Part shown: positions 1 to 28,971 of the stretch, in pieces
Layout: the number at the start of each line of letters is the position of its first letter
How positions within the stretch are numbered: the stretch's first letter is position 1
DNA from: Tubiluchus corallicola
Lineage: Eukaryota; Animalia; Priapulida
Reading direction: 5' to 3'
DNA: 64,000 nt
Assembly: GCA_030141605.1 (NCBI GenBank)
Contig: JAQGDQ010002382.1
Coordinates: 299,594 to 363,593 of the forward strand
Notes under the pieces: model-generated
The model's input: only the letters and a program-made list of their open reading frames with translations
Told to the model about the DNA's origin: nothing
Databases searched by the model: none
Position numbers and translations under genes: made by a program

Positions 1-604
1 TGCGTGCATGCAATATTGTGACAAATTTCCCCATAGGCCAGATACACACAAGAAAATTTTGTAATACGTTTTTATAGGTTCTCTGGAATGAGCCTATATT
101 GTAAGTGTAATGTTGCAGACATATTGCACTATTCTGTAAAAATATTTGCTCGTTATTTGTGCGCGATGCATAAACACTTATCATTTATTTAATCAAAATT
201 GATGATTAAAGCTATAACTGCTGATCTTTTATTACTTGCTGTTTGTGGCATTACAATGGATAAACGTAGTTGTGAGGTGTTTTTACAAAAAAACCTTTGC
301 AACCTTTCCTTAGAAAAATAAACCTCACTTAGCACACCCTCCTCTTAATTTTACATCTTTTTGAATGGCGTACCTAGCAACCGCCTGCTGATTTCTCTGC
401 TCTGATTACCTGGGTGGAAGTGCATTAACTCACCTGTAACTTACACCTGTATTGCCCTGGATATTGATGTTGGGGAATTCCGCGGCAACACATTCTCTTT
501 AGCCGTGTAAATCTTATGTGATCAAAAAACCATTCCGTGTATTTGTAGTAGGGTTGTAAACTTGCTGTAAACTACAATCCAGTCTATCCACTCCTAATAA
601 ATAG

Positions 605-1110
<506 letters not shown>

Positions 1111-3048
1111 TCTGTGTCTGTGTCTAACCGCATATCTGTCGCTCTTTCTGTCTCCTGTTTAATTTTCTATCTCATTTCAAATCTACGTATTTCAGATTAT
1201 CAGAAGTTATTTTGCGTTTCGCTTTTCAATGCGGTATGCACGTCGAATTATTTTCTTGCTGTCTTTCAAGCTTTTAATTTTCCTATTTTTAAAGGCTATT
1301 TTGCTTGAAAAAATGCACAGGATCTAAGCTTTAGTTGTTAAGCTTTGGTAAGACAAATTGTCGTACTTCTGTAAATTAGTTGAAGTACATTAGGCCTAGT
1401 GTGCTTTGGGAATTCGAGTATGCAGAATGTTGTAAGACCTGTGTAGAAGGATGAATGATTCATAATTGCATATGGGAAATTGGGACCACAAAGCATTAAG
1501 AACTGTTGTCGTAGAAGCTGACGAACCGTTGCCCTTGAAGGGCCTTTCTGTTTCTGAATTCCCCATGCAGTGAAGTTCCAAGGTCCTGTGGCTTCCAACA
1601 CTACTACACAGCATTCGTTTGCTGAACAGATTAAACCATGTTATGTTAGGTAGTTTGCTTCAATAAGCTGCTTTAGTGTCCAACTGGATTGGCTCAACTA
1701 ACTGAGCTAAGCCATGTACAAGTATGTACATTTGCTGGAAACTTAATACTTTTGAAATAGAGGTTTCTACATGTTTACCTTGGCGTAGTCTGTCATTGAC
1801 TTTACTTATTAGGCATAAATGGCATCCGCTGCAGTAGCATGCCTCTGAAATAACTTCATTAAATAATCGCTGTTATGGTTTATATTTCTCATCATGTAGT
1901 TTCCAACCTAGAGCGCATGATTGTTTTAAGTTAGGTTTTTACAGGTAGCCTTAATTAAATTCAGAGCAAGAGATAGTAAGATTGTAGCGTTAACTTCTTT
2001 AATCTTGCAAAAGTGCACGAGCACACCATTGGTTAGCAATTAAAATAAGTACTGCAGATAGTTCAGTAAGACTTAATCTTTAACTAAATTTTATACTCTC
2101 ACCGCCAGTTCCTGAAATAGTAGATGATTGTTGTAAACTGAAAACCCTTGTTTCAGTTGCTTTGTTTAAACGAATGCTTGTCTAATTTCTCGAAAAATAG
2201 GGAGTCTGGGCCCTCCATCTTATTTTGCACTGTGAAATCTAACTACTGTGTATACACGTATTAACTCTCCAGGTATAAAATATTTGCACTTGTGTATTTT
2301 GGAGTTACATGTAAGGCGCGATGTTCTCAACAACGACCGAACTATTTACGCGTCAAACGAACGGTGATTTTTCCCTTTTTTCCGCAAAAGTCATAGAACG
2401 GAAATGTAAAGAACCGGACTGTTAGAGTTCTAGACATTACTGTAAAGAAAATTCAACGTAGGTGTTAACAGACAGAATTTTGTTTCCTGGGTGGCTACAC
2501 TTTCTCGCAGTGGGTATTTTCCCGGATAGAATCCAAGCAAATTTTGTAAAAATGTTGCAAACAATTTCCTGAAAAAATCGATTTGTGCAACTACGAGGTC
2601 GCCCCGAAAAAATAAACACATTATTAGAAAGAGAAAGACCGATTGCAGTGTTTGAGTGTTTCGTGTAAGATAATGTTCACTGAACGAAAGGGAAGGGTGT
2701 ACATATTTTGAAATTCTTTTAACATGTGAGTATATTTTGTTGGGCGGCTTTCGCGAAGTCATAGAATTTAACAAAGTTGAGAATGAGAGACACCTGGTTT
2801 AGCGTTTTTATGAAACTCGTGTTTATTGCACGGCGCCAACTAAAGTCGCAATTGGACTAGAAAGAAATTTGTAGCAATGCATTGACGATTGATCTTTCTC
2901 TTCCTTTTATATTAGTGAAAAAAAAGTCAAATGTGTGTCAGGCTGTCGTTAGACGTTGTCCAAGCGTTGTCAGCCTAGGTGTTAAACTTTTTTGTTTGAT
3001 TAACACGTGAGATTGAGGGGGTCTTGAAAGTAATAATCTTAATTATTA

Positions 3049-3280
3049 CCGGGTGGCGTAGTTCAGTGGTATCGTGCTCACTTCTCACTCGCGAGGTCGC
3101 GGGTTCAACTTCCGATCGAGTCATACCAAAGACTTAGAATATGGTATCGCTGGTTCTTCAGCCAAGCACACGGGTTTATCGAAATTACGTGCGGTTATTA
3201 TTGATTGGGACCACCTTGGAAATAAGTATTATTTAAGTGTTACCTAAGGTGTTTTCTCTGGATTATATCATATAAAGTTA
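3049..3280 (+). mobile_element. tRNA-derived SINE (Meta-SINE-like core)
   Basis: A-box TGGCGTAGTTCAGTGG (~3054) and B-box GGTTCAACTTCC (~3102), followed by GTCATACCAAAGACTT..ATGGTA, which I recall as the Meta-SINE central domain. No tRNA acceptor stem. The 3' limit is approximate. Confidence 0.7.
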
Positions 3281-5743
3281 TCCTACAAGTGTAATCCATG
3301 TCTGTGCAGCATTTGTGTACACTCCATCTCGTCCAAACTTGGCTGACTATTAGCTTTGCCAAACTTACCCAGGGAAAACAGAAAGACCACAAAACAGAAA
3401 AGGCAAACTACTTTCTGCTAGAGTAGACCATTGTTTACTCTGGAAGGAGAATTTTTTGGCTTCACATTCAGTTTGCTTTGCCTACTTTTCCCTCACTTCA
3501 TTGTTTCTTCAGTTTTTTATTCATGCGTACTTTGTGAGTCTAGTAATAAGCAAAATTGTTGCCCTCACGCAGATCTAGGTCAGTCAACGTTAGCGATATT
3601 GGCATCCTTGATGGATATCGCTGCCCGGGAATAATGCTGATCGATATGTCGACCAATCGCAGGCGCTGATGGCCAGGAAAAATGGAGCAGCTAATCCTTT
3701 CGGATTAATTGCGGATTATGAGTAGATATTTTAGCGGCTGTTTGTGATTAGATCCCATTGGGCTGTTAATGTCTGTTGGATTAATTAGCGACACGTGCTT
3801 TTCTCAGTAATGAAAATGTGATCATTATTCGATTGCCTATATTTAGCACAATACACACAGTAAGCTCATTATTATTTCAAAGCCCAGCCTTGTCTAATTC
3901 ACAGTGACGTCATAGCTGCTAATGTAAGTAATACATAGAACCCTCAGCACTGAGATGCTGATTTGCCAGTCTCCATAGCATGCGAGACAAAGCTGATAAC
4001 AGTAACCAAAAAAACGAGGTCTGATCTGTACCTGTGCTGGGTTGTTAAAACTTAATGCCGTGGCTTCTTGTTTGGTTCGTAGCACAAGTTTTTTACAAGA
4101 TAGTACGAGATAGTTATCTGCGTTATCTTACAGGCTTTGTTTATAGCAAAATGTTTGAACTGTGAATTTACCAAAATGTAATTTTTAAACTGTGTCTGAA
4201 TTCCTGGCCAAACAAAAGTTGCAGTTTGGAATAAATCTAAGTTGTTATTTGAATTGAAAATGGTTTCCTAAAACTTTGAAGAAAATCCACGTTCGAGGAC
4301 GTCAACGTTAAAATAATATTGAAATAAAGGCGTTAAGGAAAATTAAACAAGTTCCAAGTCTCTGGTTTTGTTTTGTTGATGTATTTAGTTTTCACAAATT
4401 AAGATGCTGACCAATTTTTATTGGTATTTCAACAAATTGCTGCGGCGTTAAGTGCAGTGCTGCCAGCATTGTTGTCAATTTATTTATTATGTGCACAAAA
4501 TAAACAAAAATTTAGTTAATTTTGGTACAGTCTTGCCACTCCATTCTGTTTTAATTGTGCAAAAAACGTGTTTGGGATAATACAACGTCTTCAGAAAAAT
4601 TATAATGTAATTAGCCTTTGACAAGTGCTAGTGTTTTTGCCAAATAAAGCAAGATTACTTTTTTATATACATGTACATTTACTATAAATGTAAAGTGTAA
4701 AGGCAGTATTGAAATACACACAGATATAAGACAGCTGCAACACATAAAGAATTTGCAGTTAAGTTTCAAAAACTCGTTTATATAAAAATTTAAAAATCAT
4801 TTGAATTAACCTATATGTAGTTATGTTATGTAGGCACGTTAACTACAGTGTTTTCAATATTCCTGTTGATCTTATGGGCTTTTTCAACTATTTATAGTGT
4901 ATTCTATTGACACCTGTGGCCTATCCATTAATATCTAATGCTGACTCAGGCAATTCCCCTAGTGGCTTGGAAATCAATACAGTTAAGCTAATACCTTGTT
5001 GGATAATTAAGTTAATCATAGTTATGCAATTGGCATATAATGCGTTGCTGCTAGATCTTGGAATAATAGCGGAGAGAAGGCAGATACCCTGGTGCTAAAG
5101 AAAGCATACATTAAAAATGTTTCCAAAGTATTTATTATGTAATCATTGCCACCATCATTTTCATTTTGTTATTATCATTATTGTAAACATTGAACTGTAT
5201 CACTATTATTGTTATTATTTTTATAAGCTAGGCATATAACTAAATAATCGCTATGATGTGTATCCACCAAGAAACCAGTCCTGATACCAGCCCCTGTTCT
5301 GATTAGACATCTCACCTTGGAGTATCTTTGCTATTAAGCTGGAGGATTATTTTTTGTATTAAACTAAATTTTAGTCCTGCCGCAATTGTCAGGTGTTGAA
5401 TTTTAAACCTCAGCTTGCAGAGGGCTAAACTATTTAAAATTGTTGTTTCTTGAACGTTTGACTGATTTCAAAAGGATTATTTTCTCTGCCAATGATTGTC
5501 TTCAAAAAGTGTGTAGGCTTTCTAATGTATATAATTTTTATTTTACTGTAAAAATACAGAAAATACATATCAGTTCTGGTCAAGTATGTGTATATGTATA
5601 TGTTAGTCCAGTAAATACAAAAGTGGCCACCTTTGGATGTCCATGACTTGCAGTTCCATAAATGTACCCTGCCATTTGGATACTATGTATTCAGAGCAGA
5701 TGCTTTAGTTAGCTATTTACACATTTTCATTTCTGTATTGCAG

Positions 5744-19569
<13,826 letters not shown>

Positions 19570-19724
19570 TATCAGGTACATTGTTTTTTGTTTTGTTTTT
19601 GTCGTAATTTTTTTCTCCAGGGTGGCAAAGAAGTTACTTAAGTTGAATTGAGTTCTTTGAATTTAAGAAATGAGTGTTTAGTCCAATACGTACAATGACA
19701 CATAAATCTTATAAAGTACTATAC

Positions 19725-19789
19725 TTTCTCCTCTTTCCCTCCCTCCCTCTCTCCCTTTTCTCCCTCTCTCTTCCTCTCTCCCTCTCTTC

Positions 19790-19820
<31 letters not shown>

Positions 19821-19830
19821 ACTCACTCTC
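19725..19830. repeat. CT-rich microsatellite in the calcineurin 3' UTR
   Basis: Visible (CT)n/CTCC tract. Confidence 0.9.
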
Positions 19831-22800
19831 TGTGATTTACTGTTTCTGATCTGCTAGTTTATAAATTCAAAATGCATTTTACAATTAATATCTGTTTTAT
19901 TTTTATTTGTTGCAGAAACTTTCATTTCTGAGTTCCGTTTCACGTCATTCTGGTCACACTTAACAACACATGCACATTCACAATATTAATGAAATAAACA
20001 AAACAGATGTGGCATTCACTCGTGAAACATTACCAAGTATGGTCGAGCAGTGATGAAGCTACATCTGCCATCACGTACTGTGTTACTATGATCTGTTTTT
20101 TGTCTCAGAAAAGCTATTGTTTTGCTACGTTATTACGTTATTAGTCAGTTGTTGTTTTTGAGTTTTCACTATTTGTACAGTGTTCACAACACTATAGTTT
20201 TAACTTGTTGAATTTATTCATGTCCGTCATGCTGAATGCACAAGGCTTTTGATTCACATCATCAAACTAAAGCATTTTATGTATAACTTGTTAACATCTA
20301 GTAATTTTTAGTTTATTTATTTATATTTGCGTGCAGCTACCTCATTATTTCGCACTTGTTTTGTAACACAGTTTGTGAGTGGCTGGTATTGGGTGGCCCA
20401 CTGGCCAATGGCCAGTCAGAAGTGCCTTTTCAGAATGTAGGCTGAATCAGCATTTCTGATTAATAGTTGTTAATAGCAACTGTCTTTAGTCAGTTAATTT
20501 TGACAGACATTACAAGAGTAGGTCACTTGTAAAATATTAGACAATTGAGCTGTGACATTGAATGTGATTGGTTGATTTTGTGATCTGGAAACTGTATGAT
20601 CAGCCACTGAACTTCATTTGCTATTTCATCATTAGTTATTATTATAAGTATTCTTATTGTAATTTTTCACCTATTCGCATGTGTCACCTTCCCCGTTCCC
20701 TTCAAAATGAGCTACTTCATTTCTTTCGACTGGCCAAGATGGAGCGTCTCATTTTGTCGAAGGGGTGTGACTGTTTTTTTATCATCACTTGGGTATTTAA
20801 CTTACTTATTAACTTATTCATGGAAAACTAAAACAGTATACAAGGAATATTTCCATGATATTGTTAATATTTCTTGCAAATGCATGCATGTTAATAAAGC
20901 CTTTCAGTTTATTAAAGGATTCTTTGTGATACTGGTGTAAAATGTCAGTTGTCACGGACTTGAGTGAACAATATATATATGTCTGCGAAGGTGGGTAGCA
21001 AGTTATTTCGTAAGTTGCTTGAATATGGTGTTAAAGAACATTTCTATGAAAGTACGAATTACCATTACCATTGTAAATTTTCTAATTATATTTATGAATA
21101 TAATATATAATGTATAATTAATATATTAAAACTTCCACAATGCAAGGCGAAACTGTGCACAATATGCGTGCCAGGCTTTCTCGTTGCTACTAGCAATGTA
21201 TGTGTGCCTCGTGTGGAAATCTTTTTATCATTTTTGGAATAATATATTATTGGTATTGAGAGGCCAGAGATCTATAAACTGAACTTGTTTAATATATAAA
21301 TATAAATGGATTGTTCTCTTGTTTGCATTTCTATTTATTTCTCAAATTTTTGATGAACTTGTTTTCGATTCTGATTTTCGTTATAAATTTTATAAATATT
21401 CTGGTCGTGTATGATGTCTTCTGTAAGAGAAGGTCTTGCAGGCTTGTTGCAGGAATTTAGCGAGTACACTCGAACGTTGCACTCACACACTACACTCACA
21501 GTGCCGTTACCGTTTAGGTTTCTGTCTTCCATTGTGAGTATAGTGAAGTAACTAAGGCAACAGAATTTGTTTATTACATAATTTTTAACCTATGCATTTT
21601 TTGGTGTGACGTGTATATGTGAATTAAATGTTCAGCATTTGAATTTTATACATGTTTTCCATCTGCTTTCAAGCTATTGTGTCATTGATATTGCAGCTTG
21701 TTATTTGGAATTTGATATTTAAATACTAGTATTTAGTAGTAGTGTCATACATAGTGTTTTTCTTGCTAACTTCTTAAGTGCACAATATATTGCCAGACTT
21801 CATCTTTAAATCGCAGATGAAAGCAGTAATTTCATGCCTGTGTATATACTTTGAATATTTTGATAAAAAGAAACAATTGGTGTACTAGCTTATTTTTAGC
21901 CAAACTTGTTCCGTTTATTCACACATTGTAAAATTTGTTGATTTATCATTACTTGCCTTTAATCTGCATTTCGTTGTGGTTACCTGTTTACTTTTATACT
22001 AAAGTTCGTTGTTACATATAAAGTTCCCACATGTAAGTGGGAATTGTACAGTTTATTAATTTACACATCAATTAGTGAAGCTGTCAAACTTGCCCAGTCA
22101 AAATTAATCTTTACTATCAAATTTTGTATATAGTTGGTTCATGTCTGAGTTTGGTTAGTATCCCATTTGTGTGATTTTTTTTCGTTTTACGTAAACTTTA
22201 CATTTCAAAAGACGTCATGTGTTCTGGCTATCCGCAGTGTAATAAATACAAGATTTTTTGCTTATTTTTTGCAATTTGAATGTTGATAGAACTAAAGTAC
22301 TCTTCAAAATTCGTAGATGCTATTCTTGTGTGAATTTTACCGCAGTTATTATAAGTGCTTCATAGTGTTTATCTTTCCATTTTGACACTTTCTTATACTG
22401 TTCTTTTAATTAAATAAGTAATGTGGTTAATTAATCGCAAAAATCTCTCATTATCAAAAGCCTGATAACCTCAGCTGCCTAGATTTGAGATAGTTTATTC
22501 CAGATAGTTTAATCCTATATTCCAAAACAATATAAGATTAGTTTTTATTTGGCAAATCTGGAGTAAAGAGTAGTAGCTAAAGTTACTTAAGTAATATCTG
22601 TTCCATGTTTAGTTTTATGAAGCTCTTCCAGATTACTTTGCAATCATTTTTGCATGTCAGCTTGACTAGGTGCCTGTACAACTATGATTTGCTGAATATC
22701 AATGGGTGTTGAGCCATATGCTGAATTAGTCTGTGAAATTGTAGAGTTAATATAAAAAAGCTGAAGTACACATGGTTGTCTTTTTAAAATGTTAAGATTT

Positions 22801-24251
22801 TTCTCCTACTTAACTTAAAATCTCTTCTTTGTCTAAATCTAAAACACACAACTTTAAAATGATGTCAGTAAATTGTAATTTTATGTGTTTGCTGTGTTGA
22901 TACTGATAATAACAATTACACTGTATAAAACGTTTAGTGCATGCTGTTGTTTTATTCTTGTTTATTTAAACTTTAACTATATTTCTGTGTTACAATAAAT
23001 GAACTCAAAACAGAAAATGCAATGCCTTATATGTTTAAAATTCCTGGCAAGAGCAAGGGGGTATTTTACAGTACAATTCTAATGTTGTATATGATAGATA
23101 TCATGAAGCAACATATTTTTATCATAATAGCTTATTGCCACACACACTAACATTTCTGGAAGTCAGTGATCAAAAGTTATATTACTGCATACCTAATTGC
23201 TCAGTTTAACAATATTAAATTATAAATCTACTCGTATTTTGCTTAATAAAAACTTTAATTTGCAAACAATATGCAGCCAATAATATGCTAGAATCTGTTT
23301 TGTTTCTCGTGTCAAGTCAAACTCATGTACACAACCTTTTAAGATCACTCTCCACAGTAAGAACAGTGACACATGGGGACCTCGTGTTAAAATTAATGCT
23401 TTAGTATTTACAGTGAATTGCAGCTTTGTATTATGTATAACAAATAGATATCAGTTGTCAGAGTTTCACAATGTAGTGAAATGAAAAAGTGAACTCATAC
23501 AGTATCATGCTGAGTGCATTTGATGCTGCTCATTGTCTAATAATCAAAATACGAGAAAAAATTCACTAATAATTCTTGTTGCTGGTGTTGATCAAATGCA
23601 CTAATCTTGTAATCTGATGTGACTTATCAAATGCACTTTCATTGTTTCTTTCATACACGTTCCTTAATCATTGCCTTCTTTTTGGTTGTTAAATGTACGG
23701 TGTCATTTTGAGTAATTTATCTTACTTAGCTGTCCACATTGTTTTTCATTTGACAGGTAGTTTTGATTTTTGTTAAGCGGCCATGCAATTTGTTTTTTTT
23801 ACAGAAAAAGTGGCAATTTGTTAACATTCTACTTTATTTACTCTCATTTTATGTGTCTGTTTATGTGCGTAATGTATAGGTATTGTAAATTTTTTTCGTA
23901 TTATGCTACTCTAATTTTTTTTCATTAAATTTCTATTTATGTGCAAGTTGCTGCAAATCTTTTAGGTGCTAATCGATGAAATAAAAGAAATGTTCACCTT
24001 CCATGCAAATAATTATATGTAAGTCTTAGTAAAATTAATAGTTGATCACTACAGCAATTTACCGTTAAAAATAATTAACAATGTTAATACTCAATTAAAA
24101 ATTATTCGCAAATGAGCATAACCATTAACCAAGCCTAGCCCTAAGTGTCCAACGTGAGACTCGTCGTAAATATTCCGTCAATGTGTTACCAAGTGATTGG
24201 CTTTCCTGTTGAAGATATCCCGTAATGCTTATTGGGGAATCGCGACGTGAC

Positions 24252-26346
24252 GTGCAGAAATTGCTGAAATTCTAAACAATATTTTAAAAACAGGCACATT
24301 TCCGCAGGATATTCATAAAGGAATACTTATCCCTTTACCCAAGCCAGGTAAGAAACGAGGTCCTATATAAAATCTTAGACCATTGATGTTGCTTACACTA
24401 CTATACTAAGGAAGATCTGTACCGTTACCGTCGAAGGATAGAGGTTAAGCATACATAGCTTATAAACCTCTCCACTCTTCCTTGTTTACTTTGTCAATAT
24501 TAAGAATACATAATGGGTGGCGACACTACGATCACGAAGCGAAGCATAGGGTTTCTTGTTGCCATTGTGGCAACCTGGGGTCTATATATTTTTCAGCATT
24601 GTTTTTCCAAAATCTATGGAGACGAGACTTAAACTGGGCAGGATTGGGTGCTTGTATTACATGGTCAGGCAGCTTGTTCCACTCATTAATTACTCGCCTT
24701 GCGAATGTGAATCTTCTTCTGTTCCACCTTTTGGGAACTGTTCTCTTCTTGATTTTGTAGGAGTGACCTCTGGTACCATGATATGTCTGTCGGTGAAAAA
24801 ATATTTCACTGTTGATGGTTTCTATGCCTTTAAGAATACGGAATGTTTGGATTAAATCTTGTCTTTTGCGTCTGTATTTCAGAGTTGTAAGGCCGAGAAT
24901 CTTAAGTCTTGCAACATACGGTAAATGAGAAATGGCAGGTACAAGTCTAGTAGCTCGACGTTGTATACTTTCAATTTTTCTTATCATGTCTTGACGATTT
25001 GGGCTCCAAATCACATCACCATAATCCAGAATAGGACGAACGATTGATTTATATAGTTTGGTCGCCACTGTATGTTGACTAGGATCTATGACAGGTTACA
25101 CACTTACATTCCAACAAGCCAAGCAGCATATCAACCAGGACGGAATACTACTGAATTAGTACAAGCCTGTAAATTACTAGCCGGAAAAGCCATCTCTTCT
25201 GCTGATTACTCAATACATATTCATGATCGATATGTCAAAGGCCTTTGATTGTGTGCGGAGAAAAACTCTGCTATGCTGCCTGGAAGAAATCCTTGAACCT
25301 GATGAAATATACATCATAAGTATAATGTTAGAAAATTTATTAATTCAAGTCAGGTGTGAAGGGAAATTGAGTCAGCCGTTTTCTACAGACAAAGGAGTAC
25401 CTCAGGGTGACTGCCTAAGCCCTGTACTTTTCACTTTATATCTTGCCATAGCTCTCACTGAGGACAAAGTTATACCATTGAAAGACCTAGAAGATCACAA
25501 CTACACAATTCTTGATCCTGAATTAATACCGAATGAAGTAAGACAAGAATGCAGTTACAGTTCTCTACAAAGTAAGTCAACTACTATATCTATGCAGTAT
25601 GCTGATGATGTGGCATGGATTACAAGAAACAAAGAAGACGTAGATGAAATAAAAAACTCAATAGAGGAGAAACTGAACAGAATGGATCTCATTGTAAACA
25701 AAAATAAAACTGAAGAGTTTCACATAACACGCCATGGTGATGAATCATGGCAAAGATGCAAGTATCTCGGTAGTCTGCTGACAACAGAAGACGACATATC
25801 AAGACGGAAGATAATGGCATTATCAGTTTACTCAAAACTTAAAAAAATTTCTTTGGAAACAAAAATTAGAATATTCTCAGCCTTAGTTGAAACTGTATTT
25901 CTATATAACTCTGAGCTCTGGACATTAAAAGCAAATCATAAAGCTGAAATCGATGCGTTTCAAAGGCGAAATTACAAAAACATGTTGGGTATTAGATGGC
26001 CAAAGAAAATTTCAAACAAAGATCTATATGAAACAATAAAAGAAGAACCTTGGACAAGAAAAATAAAAAGACGCCGTTTAAGATGGATTGGGCATATGCT
26101 TAGACTACCTGATGATACTCCAGTGAAGATAGCTCTTCAACAAGCCATAGAACCAGCTAAAAAACCTGCAGGAGGACAAATGTTAACATATTTAGATTTT
26201 GCACAAAAAGATTTAAACACTTTAGCATTGATCCTTAGAAATAAATCTACTTGGGGCATTGCGGCGAGCAGGGAGTCCTGGCATAGGGAGGTGAACAGAA
26301 TCATGTCACTGGATGTGTGATTCATTGGATCATGATGATGATGATG
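24252..26346 (+). mobile_element. 5'-truncated RTE-clade LINE (reverse transcriptase), interrupted by a CR1 fragment
   Basis: ..ILIPLPKPGKKRGPI*NLRPLMLL..ILRKI (24255-24420) resumes after 25068 as CMLTRIYDRL..SQAAYQPGRNTT. ORF 25223-26320 has IDMSKAFD, KGVPQGDCLSP, YADD, KYLGS and RRLRWIGH. Ends in a (GAT)n tail. Confidence 0.92.
24421..25068 (-). mobile_element. CR1-clade LINE 3' fragment
   Basis: ORF 24532-25068: LYKSIVRPILDYGDVIWSP..IESIQRRATRLVP..YVARLKILGLTTLKYRR..TRGHSYK..FTFARRVINEWNKLP, a typical CR1 ORF2 C-terminus. Short tandem tail (acggta) at its 3' end (~24421). Confidence 0.92.
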
Positions 26347-27320
26347 ACATAGAGGAATTACAAGATGCAGAATGTACGATCAGCTGCCGTTTAGAAAAAT
26401 ATAATCTTAAAGTCAGCAATAGAAAGACTGAAGAATACCATATTCGAAGAGGAGGTAATTATTCATGGAAATGATGTAAATACTTTGGTGGCTTGTTAGA
26501 CACCGAAGCTGACATACAAAGAAGGAAATTTCTTACATTGTCTGATTATACAGATGTCAACGGTTTTTGAAAACAATAGACTGTCTCTTGAAACCAAAGC
26601 CCAGATCCTTTCATCTTAGTTGAATCTGTGTTTTTGTACAGTGTTGACCTATGGGCAATAAAATTTAAGTAACAGAAGGAAATTGGCACTTTTCAAAGAC
26701 ATCTCTATAGAAATTACTCGCAATTAAATGGCCTGACTGAATATCTGCTTTACAGTCTTTTTTACAATGACATCAGGACCTAGAGTTCAACTCGTTAAGG
26801 TCCCTTCTCATATTCATTTTAAATTTATCGATAGCGTTTGATGATCAGTATAATGTGGTGAAGAAGAATCCTTGGAGTAAACAAATACAAGTAAGAAGAT
26901 TGCTTTGGTTTGGTGGCAGCAGTGCATAATGCGTGGCATCAACAAGTGAGATGGGCCGTGTTATTTTTAGAACATAGCAGCACAGAAACGACGACGAACA
27001 TATTTTAATATTCCTTGGTTCAAACGACTTTAGTCCAAAAGTCGAGCTCCGAACATCAAGATGGCTAGCATATGTTCTCTAATTACCAAGTAAAGCATAA
27101 GTAAGAATTGCCTTAAAGGAATCCTTAAAGAACCTTGCAAAAAACCATATGTCAAATGAAAAACAACGTGGACAGCTAAGTAAGATAAATAAAGATGTTC
27201 AATAACTTTAACCCATTTATCTTTAGGAGTAGAAGAACTTACCGCACTAGCTGCAGATAGGAGTAGATGGAATGCTCTAATGAATGGTAATGCCTCAATG
27301 TCTACAACAGATGGAAGAGA
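26347..27320 (+). mobile_element. Old degenerate RTE-like LINE remnant
   Basis: Stop-riddled paralogue of the RT C-terminus (KTEEYHIRRG..CKYFGGLLDTEADIQRR..). Homologous to ~43500-43610 and 44650-45090. Confidence 0.65.
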
Positions 27321-28971
27321 CTTTGAAGACCATCTTTTATTTTAGAATTCTGACTGCCTAGTGGGTCACTGATTCAAACCCAGGCTCAGTGTAGTCAAGT
27401 TTGATACCAAAATTCAGCAGTTGAGGTTTTATATAAACACATTTTATTTTTCATGACCTTTAGTATTAAAAAAAATCTGATTGATAAACATTAGTAAGGA
27501 ATTGTGCAGTTACTGTGTTTAGGTAAATACGAGGGTCAAGCACATATAAGCACATATTTAAAACAGTTTAAACAAGTGTCAGAAATAATGCTTGGGCCTT
27601 TATTTGCTTTAATTGTCTTCGAACATTGAGAAACGTCCAGCTGAGATTTAGTAGCGCTTAAACTGTACAGACCGTGAAAAGAACCTACCGATCATTAAAC
27701 TAGATCAGTGTCGTAATAAACTTGAATAATTTCCATTGTCAAATCTGTGGTGAAATTACAATCAAGGTGAATAAGGTAAATAACAAGTATGATTGATCTG
27801 CTCTCATCTGACCTACTAATTCGCGTTAATTAAGCGGTTCTTTAACATAATTGTGCTACGTTATTAAATATGAGAGTCGTAATTAGGTTTAACGATAGGC
27901 TATTTGATTAATTCCGCCTTAGGAATGAGTAAGTACTATAATATAATGTTCACACATTTACATTCAGATATCCACATTTTAACAGCGACAGTGCATCAAC
28001 AACAATCTAGTGATACAAATGTTAAACTAAAACATTACTGAAAGTTTACGATTTTGTAGTTTTTATAAGTTTCTGTGCTATATATGCCCCCATCCCTCCC
28101 ACTCCTAGCATTCATCAGACATTTCAACAGATAGTACATATACTTCATATACATCTTCGTCATTGATTGGGATTGTAACACTTCATTAATAAATATTTAT
28201 GCTGGTTTTTCAAAATGTTTATTTGTAACATAGTATTTGTTCTTCATTTTTGTATAGTCATTGACATAAAACAGTGCAATAGCTTGTGCATATGAGCTAG
28301 TAGTGTAATCAGTGTCTGCCAAATTGAAGCCTGACTCAGACCTGAATAATAAAAGACTGTCGAAAGGTGTTTAGGACGATTGCCTTATACAGAGGGAGAG
28401 GAAAGGGATTACAAAGTAGAGTACACAGATGTCCTGTTCTCATAAAGATCTGAATAATTAGTATGTAGAGTAACATTCGTTTCTGGCTATTGAAGTTTGC
28501 CTTTACAAATACGCTGTATCAGTTTGCTACACGACACAGATTACATGCTCACCCCAATGCTCAACTCAAACCAGCAGTATGCTAAGAATCCAGAAGTACA
28601 TGCCGCATACACGCCGTACATACATAACATACGTTCATAGATAGAATACATGTGCACATAGCTCCACAATTGATTACCTGCATATGTTATCACAAGTGGT
28701 ATTTCCAGCGATTTAATTTGCTCATCATTATTTTTTGTCTGTTTATCATTACCATGCCCACTAGAACATAAATATAATTTACATTTTTAAGTATGTCAAC
28801 TTTAGAAATGTCGTGATCCACATAACAGCACCTCTTTGAACTTTTGGAAGTTTAAAATTAGAACATTGCACTGAGTGCAGTCAGAGTGCAAAAATCAGGC
28901 TTAAGGCGTCTGAAATCATTAGGTGAAGTGTTAAATGTTTTAAGTTTTTTGGTAGATGTTTACGATCTAAC

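Noticed and set aside
1338-1614. Overlapping minus-strand ORFs
   Set aside because: No recognisable domain or splice context; possibly decayed TE sequence.
3051-3122. tRNA gene
   Set aside because: A and B boxes are present, but there is no acceptor stem and it runs into a SINE body.
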